Shown here in pieces: positions 63,140-64,000 of a stretch of DNA of 64,000 bases. The notes under the pieces were generated by a model that saw only the letters and a list, made by a program, of their open reading frames with translations, ran no database searches and was not told the DNA's origin. Within the stretch, counting starts at the first letter, position 1; each line of letters begins with the position of its first letter. The position numbers and the translations under genes were made by a program. The stretch comes from Octopus bimaculoides (taxonomy: Eukaryota): the NCBI RefSeq assembly GCF_001194135.2, contig NC_068984.1, positions 84,062,517 through 84,126,516 on the forward strand. Direction: 5' to 3'.

Positions 63140-63930
63140 TTGTCAGAACCTATCAACCCTGCTGAGTTGAAATCCACAGATTCTCGGAAAGAAAGGATAC
63201 AGGCAAAGTTGTGGTATTGGAAACTGGAATGTAAAAAGCTGGAAGAAATACCTCAAAGGCAGTTTTTCGTTGATGCTCTAAGGATTCTGCTAATTCACTG
63301 CTGTTATAATAATAATAATAATGGCTTGAAATTTTGGCATGAGGCCAGCAATTTTTGGGGAGGGGGCAAGTCAATTACATCAACCCCAGTGCTCAACTGG
63401 TACTTATTTTATCAACCTGAAAGGACGAAAGGCAAAGTTCATCTATGCAGAAATGCCGCTAAGCATTTTACCCAGCATGCTAATAATTTCCAGTTTGATG
63501 CCTTATATAATAATAATGATAATAATGATGATGATTTCTCATATAGGTACAAAAGCCAGAAATTTATGGGAAGGAGTCAGATGATTACATGAGTCCCAAT
63601 ATTCAATTGACATTTATTTTATAGGCTGGAAGGAAATGAACTCACAACATAGACATGTATTTAAATACCATATGGCATTTTTCTAATTCTCTAACAACCT
63701 CCACCTGGCTAATGATGATAATACTTTTTACTATAAGGCTTGAAATTTTGGTACAGCAAACTAGTTGATTACACTGACCCCAGTTCTTGACTGGCACTAA
63801 TTTTATCTACCCTGAAAAGATGTAAGGCATAGTCAACTGAGGTGGAATTTGAACTCAGAATGTAAAGCCAGAAGAAATGCTGCTAAACATTTTGTTCAGT
63901 ATGCCAAACAATTCTGCCAGCTCACTATGC
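63140..63930 (-). mobile_element. Cluster of degenerate family C-like SINEs
   Basis: Repeated GAAAGG..GAAAGGCAAAGT and AATGCCGCTAAGCATTTT motifs in reverse orientation. Confidence 0.7.
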
Positions 63931-64000
63931 AGTGGCTCACATGACTTCTGATCTTAACTGATTAGAAGTGTTATAATGTACAGGTTTTGTTCTGGTATAA

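Noticed and set aside
63128-63592. 154-aa plus-strand ORF
   Set aside because: Antisense read-through of degenerate family C SINEs and (AAT)n.
58867-64000. NDC1 first coding exon
   Set aside because: No ATG-containing exon with a phase 0 donor and plausible sequence was found; it probably lies beyond the window.

Overview
AT-rich, gapped eukaryotic genomic DNA. The repeat content (tRNA-headed SINEs, RTE LINE 3' ends with (GAT)n tails, dense AT/AC/AG microsatellites) points to an octopus genome; this is inference from repeat content, not a database hit. One protein-coding gene is well supported: nucleoporin NDC1 (TMEM48) on the minus strand. I reconstructed 16 coding exons by hand from 58865 down to the stop at 24211. 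All have AG/GT boundaries, the phases chain, and they total 1674 nt (557 codons plus stop). Exon numbers assume one coding exon upstream, which I did not find in the window. The rest is transposon-derived: a chimeric nested Gypsy LTR element (17.0-22.7 kb), a full-length dead Hsmar1-like mariner, other Tc1/mariner, piggyBac and Helitron relics, MITEs, and SINEs of at least three families. The most notable structure is a near-perfect 224-bp inverted duplication bracketing NDC1 exon 8, the architecture associated with long dsRNA, ADAR editing, exon skipping and back-splicing. A young inverted SINE pair brackets exon 6 in the same way. NDC1 intron 2 holds a CpG-retaining, promoter-like island next to an unexplained open frame. 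All coordinates and counts were done by eye and may be off by a few bases; protein comparisons are from recalled family sequences.
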